From assembly GCA_050174915.1 (NCBI GenBank), contig JBFXJL010000002.1, forward strand, positions 195,626 through 259,625: 64,000 nucleotides of DNA. The letters run 5' to 3'. The notes under the pieces are model-generated. The model ran no database searches, had not been told where the DNA came from, and was given only the letters and a program-made list of their open reading frames with translations. The DNA is from Elusimicrobiales bacterium (GTDB taxonomy: Bacteria > Elusimicrobiota > Elusimicrobia > Elusimicrobiales > UBA9959). How positions within the stretch are numbered: position 1 is the stretch's first letter; the number at the start of each line of letters is the position of its first letter. Shown here in pieces: positions 33,946 through 43,359 of the stretch. The position numbers and the translations under genes were made by a program.

Positions 33946-34845
33946 ATGCCTCTCGACCTCTACCAGCTCAGGGCTTTCTTCGCGGTGGCGCAGACGCTCA
34001 ACTATACCGGGGCGGCGCGGCGCCTCTGTGTCACGCAGCCGGCGGTCAGCCACGCCGTGGCCAAGCTGGAGCGCGGCCTTAAAGAGGAACTGCTGCGCAA
34101 GGAAGGCGGGGCGCTGGCGCTCACCGAGGCCGGCAAGATACTGTACCGGTCCTGCGAGGCGGTCTTCTACGAACTGGAGCGGGCCGAAGAGCGGCTGGCG
34201 GCCGCCGGCCGCGCCGCGGGCGTCATCAGGCTGGGGGCCACGGTGGAGTTCGGCACCACGCTGCTGGTGAAATACCTCAAGGGCTTCATCAACAAAAACC
34301 CGGACGTGCACCTGGACTTCCAGTTCTGCCACGAGCTGCTGGCCCCGCTGCTCCGCGACGAACTGGACGTGATCATAGACTGCCGCAGCCACAAGGCCGA
34401 TGGGCTGGAGAAGACGCCGCTGTTCCGCGAGGACTACGCGGTGATAGCCTCGCCGGACTTCGTGCGCGCCCGGAAGCTGCGCCAGCCGCGCGACCTGGCC
34501 GCCTGCCCGGTGCTGTCCATGGACAAGGCCTGCCTGTGGTGGGGGAATTTCCTCAACGCGCTGCCGGCGGCCGAGCGGCCCGACTTCGCCAGCGTCACCG
34601 AGATGAACCATATCCGCGCCATCATCAACGCGGCGATGGAAGGCCTGGGCGTGGGCTTCGTGCCGCGCTACTGCGTGATGAAAGAACTGAAGGCCAGAAC
34701 CCTGGTCAACGTCTTCCCGCAGCTCAAGCTCCTGGAGGACAATTTTTACGTTTACCAGAAAGCCGGGCGGGAGGGGCTGGAACGCCACCGCGCCCTGCTG
34801 GCTTACCTTAAACAGATAAAGGCCTCCCAACTGGAGCGGGCCTGA
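33946..34845 (+). CDS. LysR-family transcriptional regulator
   Basis: 299 aa. N-terminal wHTH (LRAFFAVAQTLNYTGAARRLCVTQPAVSHAVAKLE) followed by a LysR substrate-binding domain. Confidence 0.85.
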   Translation: MPLDLYQLRAFFAVAQTLNYTGAARRLCVTQPAVSHAVAKLERGLKEELLRKEGGALALTEAGKILYRSCEAVFYELERAEERLAAAGRAAGVIRLGATVEFGTTLLVKYLKGFINKNPDVHLDFQFCHELLAPLLRDELDVIIDCRSHKADGLEKTPLFREDYAVIASPDFVRARKLRQPRDLAACPVLSMDKACLWWGNFLNALPAAERPDFASVTEMNHIRAIINAAMEGLGVGFVPRYCVMKELKARTLVNVFPQLKLLEDNFYVYQKAGREGLERHRALLAYLKQIKASQLERA

Positions 34846-34855
34846 CGGAGGGAAA

Positions 34856-35275
34856 ATGAAAGGACTCATATTGATGGCGGGGCTCGCGGCGGCGCTGCCG
34901 GCCGCGGCGCAGGAAGGGGGCGCGGGACAGCCGGCGGCCAACAGTTTCCGCGAGCGCGGCCCCTCCGTGACATACGCCGTAGAGACCATACCGGTGGAAG
35001 GCGAGGTGGAGAGCCCGGGGCCGGTGGAGCTGGCCGCCCTCCCGCTGCGCGACGCCGCGGTGAAGGAGCCGGTCTGGTTCGACAAGGCCAACGCCGACAC
35101 CGACGGCCCGCAGAAGGGCGTGGTGCTGGAGTGCGACAAGTACGACTCGCTGCTGCAGCATTACTACGACCAGCGCGGCTACGACAAGCGCGGTATTCCC
35201 ACCATGGAAACGCTCAGGAAACTGGGCCTCGAGGCCGAAGCCGCCGCGGCCGCCAAGGTGGCGAGCCTGAACTGA
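34856..35275 (+). CDS. small protein whose C-terminal ~70 aa resemble the C-terminus of aldehyde:ferredoxin oxidoreductase (AOR) family enzymes
   Basis: 139 aa. ...GPQKGVVLECDKYDSLLQHYYDQRGYDKRGIPTMETLRKLGL matches the AOR C-terminal signature (YY..RGWD..GIPT...L..LGL) recalled from archaeal AORs. The N-terminus is signal-peptide-like. The stop overlaps the next ATG. Confidence 0.45.
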   Translation: MKGLILMAGLAAALPAAAQEGGAGQPAANSFRERGPSVTYAVETIPVEGEVESPGPVELAALPLRDAAVKEPVWFDKANADTDGPQKGVVLECDKYDSLLQHYYDQRGYDKRGIPTMETLRKLGLEAEAAAAAKVASLN

Positions 35276-35502
35276 TGACGGTCACCGTAAAGCTGATCGG
35301 CCCGCTGATCTACGAGGGGGGCTTCAGCGAGAAAGTGCTGGAACTCCCCGGGCCGATGACGGCCGGGAAGCTTTCGGCTTTCGTGAAGATAGATAAAAAG
35401 CGGCCCACCATCATGACCCGCAACGGCCGGGCCGTGGCCGCCGCGGAGACCATAGAGGACGGGGACCGCGTGGTGATCTCGCATATTTATTCGGGCGGTT
35501 AG
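35275..35502 (+). CDS. MoaD/ThiS-family ubiquitin-like sulfur carrier
   Basis: 75 aa, from the internal ATG of ORF 35131..35502. Beta-grasp-like sequence ending in ...ISHIYSGG (C-terminal Gly-Gly). Overlaps the upstream gene in a TGATG arrangement. Confidence 0.65.
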   Translation: MTVTVKLIGPLIYEGGFSEKVLELPGPMTAGKLSAFVKIDKKRPTIMTRNGRAVAAAETIEDGDRVVISHIYSGG

Positions 35503-35510
35503 GGGGAGAC

Positions 35511-36937
<1,427 letters not shown>

Positions 36938-36938
<1 letters not shown>

Positions 36939-36964
36939 GGGACGCTGATGACTATATGACTATT
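36938..36964 (+). repeat. solo copy of the REP-like repeat, family 1
   Basis: GGGGACGCTGATGACTATATGACTATT, abutting the pilT TAG stop. The sequence is identical to the inverted repeats flanking the RAYT gene. Confidence 0.8.
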
Positions 36965-36997
36965 CGCTGAGCAGCGGCGCAGAGGTTTATAAAATTG

Positions 36998-37026
36998 AAA
37001 AGCCCCGGGATAGCCCGGGGCTTTTT
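36998..37026. terminator. bidirectional intrinsic terminator
   Basis: AAAA-GCCCCGGG-ATAG-CCCGGGGC-TTTTT, lying between convergent pilT and ppnP. Confidence 0.7.
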
Positions 37027-37055
37027 GTTCCGAAAGGTGGCTGCTACCTTTTAGA

Positions 37056-37340
37056 TCAGTCCACGTACAGGCAGAGGTAGGCGGTGTCTTCGGCCACCTT
37101 CAACTGGAACTTGGACTTGGCGGGCACGGAGAAGGTGCCGCCTTTGGGGAAGTCCATCCAGTCGGCCTCGCCGGGCAGCTTGACCGTGAACTTGCCGCTC
37201 ACCACGGTCATGATCTCCTTCTTGTCGGTGCCGAACTCGTAGTCGCCGGGGGCCATCACGCCCACGGTGGCGGGGCCGCCACCCGCGCTGAAGGCTATGG
37301 ATTTCACTTTCCCCTCGAAGTATTCATTGGTCTTGAATAT
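37056..37340 (-). CDS. ppnP: pyrimidine/purine nucleoside phosphorylase PpnP (DUF1255 cupin)
   Basis: Collinear with E. coli PpnP/YaiE as recalled (NEYF.GKVKSI.F...GVM..GEY.F.T...E.M.V.SG...V.LP....W...). The conserved NEYFEGKV lies upstream of the track start (GTG 37307). The only start-like codon in the open frame is ATA at 37340-37338, so the 5' end is uncertain. Confidence 0.7.
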   Translation of the reverse strand: MFKTNEYFEGKVKSIAFSAGGGPATVGVMAPGDYEFGTDKKEIMTVVSGKFTVKLPGEADWMDFPKGGTFSVPAKSKFQLKVAEDTAYLCLYVD

Positions 37341-37355
37341 GTATTCCCCTTTATT

Positions 37356-38864
37356 TCAGAAGCCGTACAGGCCCGAGTACTTGGCCTTTATGTAATCCAC
37401 GAAAGGCGCCACGGAGAGCCGCTCGCCTATGGCCTCCTGCAGCAGGTCCTCGGGCAGCAGCGCGCGGCCCTTGGCGTGTATGGTGCGCCGCAGCCAGGCC
37501 AGCACCGGGGCGAAGTCGCCGTGCTCTATGCGGGCGTCCAGGTCGGGCAGGTCCTTCCTGAGCGCGGCGAACAGCTGCGCCGAAATTAAATTGCCGATGG
37601 TGTATGAGGGGAAATAGCCTATCATGCCGAAGCCCCAGTGCACGTCCTGCAGGATGCCCTCGGAGTCTTTGGCGGGTTTGATGCCCAGGTATTCCTGCAT
37701 CTTGGCGTTCCAGAACTCGGGCGCGTCCTTCACCTTGAGGTTGCCGTCGAGCAGGCGGGTCTCTATCTCGTAGCGCAGGGCCACGTGCAGGTTGTAGGTC
37801 ACCTCGTCGGCCTCCACGCGCACCAGCGAAGCCTCGGAGCGGTTGGCGGCGCGGTACAGGTCCTCGGCGGAGTACTTGTCGAACTTGCCGGGGAAATGTT
37901 TGCGGTACAGCGGCAGCGCCCAGGCGGCGAAAGGCCGGCTGCGGCCTATCAGGTTCTCCCAGAAGCGGGACTGCGACTCGTGCACGCCCAGCGACGCGCC
38001 CGAGGCCAGCGGGGTGAAGGCGTACTCGGCGGGAAAGCCCTGCTCGTAGAGGGCGTGGCCGCCCTCGTGCATGGAGCCGTAGACGGAGGCCGGAAGCCAG
38101 TCGCGCTGCGTCCGGGTGGTGATGCGCGCGTCGTGCGGGGCCACTATGCCCGTGCTGAACGGGTGGGCCGACTGGTCCAGGCGGCCGCGGGAGAAATCGT
38201 AGCCCATCGCCTTCAAAATGTCCTCGGACAGGCGCAGCTGGGCGGCCGGGTCGAAATCGCCCTTGAAAGGCTCGTTGGACACCCGGTCGGCCCTTTCGTT
38301 GATGGCCTTTATGACCGGCGTCAGGCCGGCGGCCAGTTCGGCGAAGACCTTGTCCAGCTTCTCGCGGTTGAGGCCGGGGTCGTACATGTCCAGCAGGGCG
38401 TCGTATGGGGACTTGGCGTAGCCCAGGGCCTCGGCCTTGAGGCGGCTCAACTCCAGGATCTTCTCCAGGTGGGGGGCGAAAATAGAATAGTCGGAGGCCT
38501 GCTTGGCCTTATGCCAGGCCTCGAAGGAGGCGGTGGAGGCCAGGGAGAATTCTTTTACCAGCGCGGCGGGGATTTTTACCTCGTGGTCGTAGTCGCGTCT
38601 CACCGCGCGCAGCAAGGCGGCCTCGAAACTCTCCTGGCCCTTGGCCTGGGCCCAGTCGTAAAGCTCTGTTATCAACGCGCCTATTTCGGGGGCGGTGAAC
38701 TTCAGGTGGGCCACCTCGCTGACCACAGACTGCACCTTGCCCCTGGCGGCCGCGCCGCCGGGCGGCATAAAGACGTTTTGGTCCCAGCCCAGCAGGGAGC
38801 CGGCCGCGCCCAGGGCCGCCACTTCCTCGTAACGCTTGCGAAGCTCGTCGAATTTGTTCTGCAT
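37356..38864 (-). CDS. M32 carboxypeptidase (Taq-type metallocarboxypeptidase)
   Basis: 502 aa. HEGGHALYE zinc motif plus HESQSRFWEN and DVHW signatures. Confidence 0.85.
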   Translation of the reverse strand: MQNKFDELRKRYEEVAALGAAGSLLGWDQNVFMPPGGAAARGKVQSVVSEVAHLKFTAPEIGALITELYDWAQAKGQESFEAALLRAVRRDYDHEVKIPAALVKEFSLASTASFEAWHKAKQASDYSIFAPHLEKILELSRLKAEALGYAKSPYDALLDMYDPGLNREKLDKVFAELAAGLTPVIKAINERADRVSNEPFKGDFDPAAQLRLSEDILKAMGYDFSRGRLDQSAHPFSTGIVAPHDARITTRTQRDWLPASVYGSMHEGGHALYEQGFPAEYAFTPLASGASLGVHESQSRFWENLIGRSRPFAAWALPLYRKHFPGKFDKYSAEDLYRAANRSEASLVRVEADEVTYNLHVALRYEIETRLLDGNLKVKDAPEFWNAKMQEYLGIKPAKDSEGILQDVHWGFGMIGYFPSYTIGNLISAQLFAALRKDLPDLDARIEHGDFAPVLAWLRRTIHAKGRALLPEDLLQEAIGERLSVAPFVDYIKAKYSGLYGF

Positions 38865-38876
38865 GTTCCCCCCGGC

Positions 38877-38905
38877 TAAAATAAAAGCGCCGGCAAGGCC
38901 GGCGC
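38877..38905 (-). terminator. intrinsic terminator
   Basis: On the minus strand, GCGCCGGC-CTT-GCCGGCGC followed by TTTTATTTT. Confidence 0.6.
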
Positions 38906-38913
38906 GGGTGTTG

Positions 38914-39099
38914 CTAGTGGCCGCAACAGCCGTTGCACTTGTGGCCGCCCGGGTTGACGGGGCAGCCCTCGCCGGCGGCCGAGCTCTTGTTCAGGCCCGG
39001 CACTTCGTCGGAGATCTTCACCACCTTGCCCAGCTTGGCGTCGTAGACGTACTTGCCGGTCTTGGCTTCGGGTTTCTTGGTCTCTTTCTCTTCGGCCAT
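38914..39099 (-). CDS. small Lys/Glu-rich protein with Cys/His-rich C-terminal tail
   Basis: 61 aa, from MAEEKE (an AGGAGA RBS lies 5 nt upstream). It ends ...GEGCPVNPGGHKCNGCCGH. No family recognised. Confidence 0.4.
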   Translation of the reverse strand: MAEEKETKKPEAKTGKYVYDAKLGKVVKISDEVPGLNKSSAAGEGCPVNPGGHKCNGCCGH

Positions 39100-39110
39100 A
39101 TGGTCTCCTA

Positions 39111-39163
39111 ATAACAAGAAGGCAACGCTGTAAGTTTTTCGTTTCTTACTCTCGTTGCCTTCT
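39111..39163 (-). terminator. long hairpin downstream of tRNA-Arg and in the 5' UTR of the small Cys-rich gene
   Basis: On the minus strand, an 11-bp stem AGAAGGCAACG/CGTTGCCTTCT encloses a second GUAAG/CUUAC helix, followed by UGUUAUUA and then the AGGAGA SD. Confidence 0.4.
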
Positions 39164-39177
39164 CTTCATGCTAAATC

Positions 39178-39252
39178 TGGTGCGCTCGACAGGAATCGAA
39201 CCTGTATAACCGCCTTCGCAGGGCGGGACTCTATCCGTTGAGATACGAGCGC
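39178..39252 (-). tRNA. tRNA-Arg (anticodon GCG), CCA encoded
   Basis: 75 nt. Acceptor stem GCGCTCG/CGAGCGC. Anticodon stem CCGCC/GGCGG with loop CTGCGAA. T arm ACAGG-TTCGATT-CCTGT. 3' ACCA. Confidence 0.85.
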
Positions 39253-39273
39253 TTCAAATACTGCCAGGCCAAT

Positions 39274-39303
39274 ATTTTATGATTTATCGGGGGTGGATAA
39301 CAA
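39274..39303 (-). promoter_or_regulatory. possible promoter of tRNA-Arg
   Basis: On the minus strand, TTGTTA-N18-TAAAAT about 20 nt upstream of the tRNA 5' end. Confidence 0.35.
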
Positions 39304-39310
39304 TACCGCT

Positions 39311-41191
39311 CTACATCCCGAGCAGTTTCTTCCACCAGGACTTCTCTTCCACAGCCGTCTGAGGAGGTTTCTCGAATACCGCCTGGTCCACCTGGCCGGT
39401 GTAGACGGGCATGCCCACCCGGAACGTCGAGCCGCGGCCCGGCTCGCTGTCGAGCAGCAGCTTGCCGCCCTGCAGTACTACCATGGCCTTGGTGATGGCC
39501 AGGCCCAGGCCGGTGCCGCCCACCTTCTCGCCCGAGACGGCCTGCACGAACTTCTCGAAGATCTTGGCCTGGTCCTCTTTCTTGATGCCGCAGCCATTGT
39601 CCTTGACCGAGAAGAACACCGAGCCGCTCATGGCTTCCTTGCCGGCGTCGGCCGACACTTCTATGGCCCCGCCCTGCGGCGTGAACTTGATGGCGTTGGA
39701 GATAAGGTTGATGAGCACCTGCACGGTGCGCCGGCGGTCGGCGTACACCTTGGGCAGGCCCTGCTCCGTCCTGGCCTCCAGCGCTAAGCCCTTGGAAGTG
39801 GCCCAGGCGCGCATGGCGTCCACGGCCTCCTTGGCTATGTCCTCGGGGGATTCTTCCTCCTGGTGGAAGACCAGCTTGCCGGATTGCAGCTTGGAGAAGT
39901 CCAGGATGTCGGTGATGATGGAGTTGAGCCGTTCGGTATTGCGGATGGCGGTGTTGAGCACGCTCTTGCCCGAGGCGCTGGCCTCGGTGTCGAGCTTTAG
40001 CATCTCCAGCGCGGCCTTTATGGAGGTGAGCGGCGAGCGCAGTTCATGCGTCATGTTGGCGATGAAATCCTGCTGCAGCTGCTCGGCCTGTTTCAGCTTG
40101 GCGGCGTCGGTGGGTATGGACACGGTACCGACTATCTTGCCGTCTTCGTTCTGGATGATGGCGGTGGCTTTCTTCACCGTCTCGGCCAGGTCGGCCGAGC
40201 CGGTTTTCGCGACTTCTTTGGAAATGTCGGTCTTGCTGTCGGAGTTGATCTCCTTGGCCAGCGAGACCACCTGGTCCTCTATCTGCGACAGGTCCACGAT
40301 CTTCTTGCCGGACAACTGCGCCAGGGGCTTGCCGGAGATGGCTTCGGCCTGGGGGTTCATCATCAGGATCTTGCCGTCTTTGTCGACTACCACCACACCG
40401 TCGGCCATGCTGGTCATGACGGACTGCGCGCGCACCATGTCGTTCTCTACCTTCTTCTTCTCGCCGCGGAGGCCTTCCAGGGCGCGGTTGACGGTGGTTT
40501 CCATCTCCTGCTTGAACTTGGAGGTGAGTATCTCCATCAGCCGGCGCTGTTCCACCGGGTCCGGCGTTACGCGCGCGACTATGGCCATGAGGGCCGACTC
40601 CAGCCCCAGGTCCAGGATCTTGTCTGAAACTTTCTCGGCGGGCCGCTCGGCCGCCGGGGCCGCCTGCGGAGCGGCGCCGCTGCCGTTGCCCGCGCCCTGG
40701 CCGGGCCCGCCGCCCGCGCCTGCGCCCAGACCCGCGACGGAGAGGCCCGGGGAGGTCTGGGAGGCTACCTTGGCGTAAATGGCTTCGTCGAGCTTTACGC
40801 GGTCTATGCCGCGCTCGGCCAGGAAAGTCTTGGCCTCGCCCTTATAGGCCTGCACTTGGCAGAGGGCCAGCAGGTCGTCGCCGGTGACGCCCGGCTTGAA
40901 CGTGATGGTCTGGATGCGGAACTTTGTGAACAGGTTGCGCAGCGAGTTGGGCAGCTTGTCCGCGGCCAGCAGCGGCGTGCCGTTGATGAGCAGCTTATCG
41001 TTGTCGAGCGTGACCGAGAAGTCGGCCCCGGCGAGCGATTCGGCTATCTGGGCCAGCAGCGCCTGCCCCTCGTCGAGGGCCTGGCGCACCTGGGGGTGGT
41101 CGGGCTTGTAGAGATTTATCTGGGTCAGCGCGCGCGTGAAAATCTTGAGGAAGCTGAACCACAGCATCTTCGGGTCCTGGATTTCGGTCAT
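39311..41191 (-). CDS. PAS-domain sensor histidine kinase
   Basis: 626 aa. H-box MTHELRSPLTSI. N/G boxes (NLISNAIKF, DNGCGI, GGTGLGLAI). A Gly/Ala/Pro-rich linker is present. Confidence 0.85.
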   Translation of the reverse strand: MTEIQDPKMLWFSFLKIFTRALTQINLYKPDHPQVRQALDEGQALLAQIAESLAGADFSVTLDNDKLLINGTPLLAADKLPNSLRNLFTKFRIQTITFKPGVTGDDLLALCQVQAYKGEAKTFLAERGIDRVKLDEAIYAKVASQTSPGLSVAGLGAGAGGGPGQGAGNGSGAAPQAAPAAERPAEKVSDKILDLGLESALMAIVARVTPDPVEQRRLMEILTSKFKQEMETTVNRALEGLRGEKKKVENDMVRAQSVMTSMADGVVVVDKDGKILMMNPQAEAISGKPLAQLSGKKIVDLSQIEDQVVSLAKEINSDSKTDISKEVAKTGSADLAETVKKATAIIQNEDGKIVGTVSIPTDAAKLKQAEQLQQDFIANMTHELRSPLTSIKAALEMLKLDTEASASGKSVLNTAIRNTERLNSIITDILDFSKLQSGKLVFHQEEESPEDIAKEAVDAMRAWATSKGLALEARTEQGLPKVYADRRRTVQVLINLISNAIKFTPQGGAIEVSADAGKEAMSGSVFFSVKDNGCGIKKEDQAKIFEKFVQAVSGEKVGGTGLGLAITKAMVVLQGGKLLLDSEPGRGSTFRVGMPVYTGQVDQAVFEKPPQTAVEEKSWWKKLLGM

Positions 41192-42486
41192 AGGCGGAAC
41201 AGGTTCTTTCCTTTGAGGCCTTTGGTGGCGTTCCTGGTGTCGAAGACTAAGCGGGCCCGTTTTACTATATCGGCGTAATCCAAGCAGGAGTGCGGCGTCA
41301 CTATCATCACGCAGTCGTACTCCTTGATCTTCTTCAGGGCGTCCTTCCTGGAGCGGCGGGTCTCGCCTTCCAGGTCGGTCTCGGAAACATAGGGGTCGTA
41401 GTAGTCGGCCCGCGCGCCGGTCTTCTCGAGCAGGATCAGCACGTCGTGCGCCGGGCTCTCGCGGTGGTCGGCGATGTCGGGCTTGTAGGCCATGCCCACC
41501 ATCAATATCTTGGACTTGCTCAGGGCCTTGCCCTTGGTGTTGAGCAGCTCGCCGAGCCGGGACACCACGTGCCCGGGCATGGAGGAATTGACGGCGCCGG
41601 CCAGCTCTATGAAGCGCGGCTCGAAATTGAGCGTCTTCATCTTCCAGCCGAGGTAATGGGGGTCCAGCGGGATGCAGTGGCCGCCTATGCCGGGGCCCGG
41701 GTAGAAGGGCATGAAGCCGAAAGGCTTGGAGGCGGCGGCGTTGATGACTTCCCAGACGTCGAGGCCCAGCTTATTGCACATAAGGGCCATCTCGTTTATC
41801 ATGCCGATGTTGACGGCGCGGAAGGTGTTCTCGAGGAGTTTTACCAGCTCGGCCGCTTCGGTGCTGGAAACCAGCAGCACCTTGTCTATCACGGCGGCGT
41901 ACAATGCGCCGGCCAAGCGGGTGCAGGCGGGGGTCAGGCCGCCTACCACCTTGGGGGTGTTCTTGACGCCGTACTTGGGATTGCCCGGGTCCACGCGCTC
42001 GGGGGAGAAGGCGAGGTAGAAGTCCTTGCCGGCTTTCAGGCCGCCGGCCTCGAGCATGGGCTTTACCAGTTCCTTGGTGGTGCCGGGGTAGGTGGTGCTC
42101 TCCAGGATGATTAGCTGCCCGCGCTTGAGGTAATTGCGGGCCTCTTTCACCGAGGAGATTATGTAAGAAACGTCGGGGTCCTTGCTCTTGCGCAGGGGGG
42201 TGGGTACGCAGATGATGACGGCGTCCATTTTCTTCAGGAGCGAGAAATCCAGGGTGCCGGTGAGCAGGCCCTGCTTGTTGAGGGCGGCCACTTCCTTGGT
42301 AGGCACGTCGCCTATATAGGAGACGCCGGCCTTGAGGTCGCGCACTTTCTGCGAGTCCACCTCGAAACCGGTGACCGGGAAGCCGCCCTTGGCGAATTCC
42401 ACCGCCAGCGGCAGGCCCACATAGCCCATGCCCACTATGCCGATGCGGGCCTTCCTGTCTTTAATGAGTTTTTCGATATTTTGCAT
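41188..42486 (-). CDS. nucleotide-sugar dehydrogenase (UDP-GlcNAc/ManNAc 6-dehydrogenase-like)
   Basis: 432 aa. Rossmann motif GIVGMGYVGLPLA. Catalytic Cys in GPGIGGHCIPLDP. Confidence 0.85.
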   Translation of the reverse strand: MQNIEKLIKDRKARIGIVGMGYVGLPLAVEFAKGGFPVTGFEVDSQKVRDLKAGVSYIGDVPTKEVAALNKQGLLTGTLDFSLLKKMDAVIICVPTPLRKSKDPDVSYIISSVKEARNYLKRGQLIILESTTYPGTTKELVKPMLEAGGLKAGKDFYLAFSPERVDPGNPKYGVKNTPKVVGGLTPACTRLAGALYAAVIDKVLLVSSTEAAELVKLLENTFRAVNIGMINEMALMCNKLGLDVWEVINAAASKPFGFMPFYPGPGIGGHCIPLDPHYLGWKMKTLNFEPRFIELAGAVNSSMPGHVVSRLGELLNTKGKALSKSKILMVGMAYKPDIADHRESPAHDVLILLEKTGARADYYDPYVSETDLEGETRRSRKDALKKIKEYDCVMIVTPHSCLDYADIVKRARLVFDTRNATKGLKGKNLFRL

Positions 42487-42543
42487 TTAGTTCCGTCCCC
42501 TCAAATCCAGCGGAAATTATACTAAATAGATAAATATATTGTA

Positions 42544-42689
42544 GGGGACGCTGATGACTATATGACTTGTTTTTTTCTGACAGGCGGCTATAATATCCCA
42601 AGGGGTACGACAACTATAATATAAATCGGGCGTCCGCCCCCATATTAGCCATGAACCAATTGAATGGGAATATAGTAATCAGCGTCCCC
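42544..42689. repeat. inverted doublet of the REP-like repeat, family 1 (right arm truncated)
   Basis: GGGGACGCTGATGACTATATGACT (42544-42567) faces ATAGTAATCAGCGTCCCC (42672-42689), with a ~100-bp spacer between them. Confidence 0.7.
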
Positions 42690-42711
42690 CATACACCCAC
42701 GAGGATAAGAA

Positions 42712-43329
42712 ATGCACGTTATTTCCGGAAAACTTACAGACTTTTCAGACAATCCCCTTAATGGAGGTCAAATCATCCTTAAGGGCGATGATTTTGAGGA
42801 CCTTTTAACTGTAGTGACCGATGCCGAAGGGCGCTTCACGCTATCGGCAAAATCAAACACCTATAATGCACTATATGCTGTCAAAGATTATAAGACAAAG
42901 TTTTTGGAGTTCTGGTTCTGGGACCTTCCGCTGAATCGGGATCTTGATCTGCATATAAAAATCGATGGTTTGGAAATCTATGGGATTAAAGCTTGGCGCA
43001 CTTGGCGTGGTGCTCTTGTGTATTTTAGGCCGATGTCATTGAAGCGGTATGTCGCACTTGGAAGGCCGGACAAAACCAAGTTGGCGTTGATATCTCCTCA
43101 ATTACGAATCGAGGATATAAACGTGTCGTTGGATGGCAGGTCTACTCAAGTCTGGGCAATTAACAAAGTACAAGAGAAAGCCGATTCTTCGGAGAACTAC
43201 ATGGACGCTTATTTGATTCATATAGACGACCAAAGATCCACGAAGGGGACGGATTGGCAAATGCTTCGCATAGAACTTTTTGACCGGGAAACTGGAGAAC
43301 ATGGCCAAGGTTGCGCTCCGCTAAAGTAG
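42712..43329 (+). CDS. hypothetical protein with N-terminal carboxypeptidase-regulatory-like (Ig-like) domain
   Basis: 205 aa, AT-rich, with no signal peptide. The N-terminus (SGKLTD..NPL.GGQIILKG.....VVTDAEGRFTL) resembles the CarboxypepD_reg fold. The gene lies between REP-like repeats. Confidence 0.5.
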   Translation: MHVISGKLTDFSDNPLNGGQIILKGDDFEDLLTVVTDAEGRFTLSAKSNTYNALYAVKDYKTKFLEFWFWDLPLNRDLDLHIKIDGLEIYGIKAWRTWRGALVYFRPMSLKRYVALGRPDKTKLALISPQLRIEDINVSLDGRSTQVWAINKVQEKADSSENYMDAYLIHIDDQRSTKGTDWQMLRIELFDRETGEHGQGCAPLK

Positions 43330-43359
43330 CTAAAGTCAGCATCTTCTTAGCCAGGGAGA

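Noticed and set aside
37356-37358. TGA recoding (genetic code 25/4 or selenocysteine) to explain the in-frame carboxypeptidase-ppnP arrangement
   Set aside because: Many other genes in the window terminate cleanly at TGA, including ATGA overlaps, so TGA is a normal stop here. I saw no SECIS-like hairpin immediately downstream.
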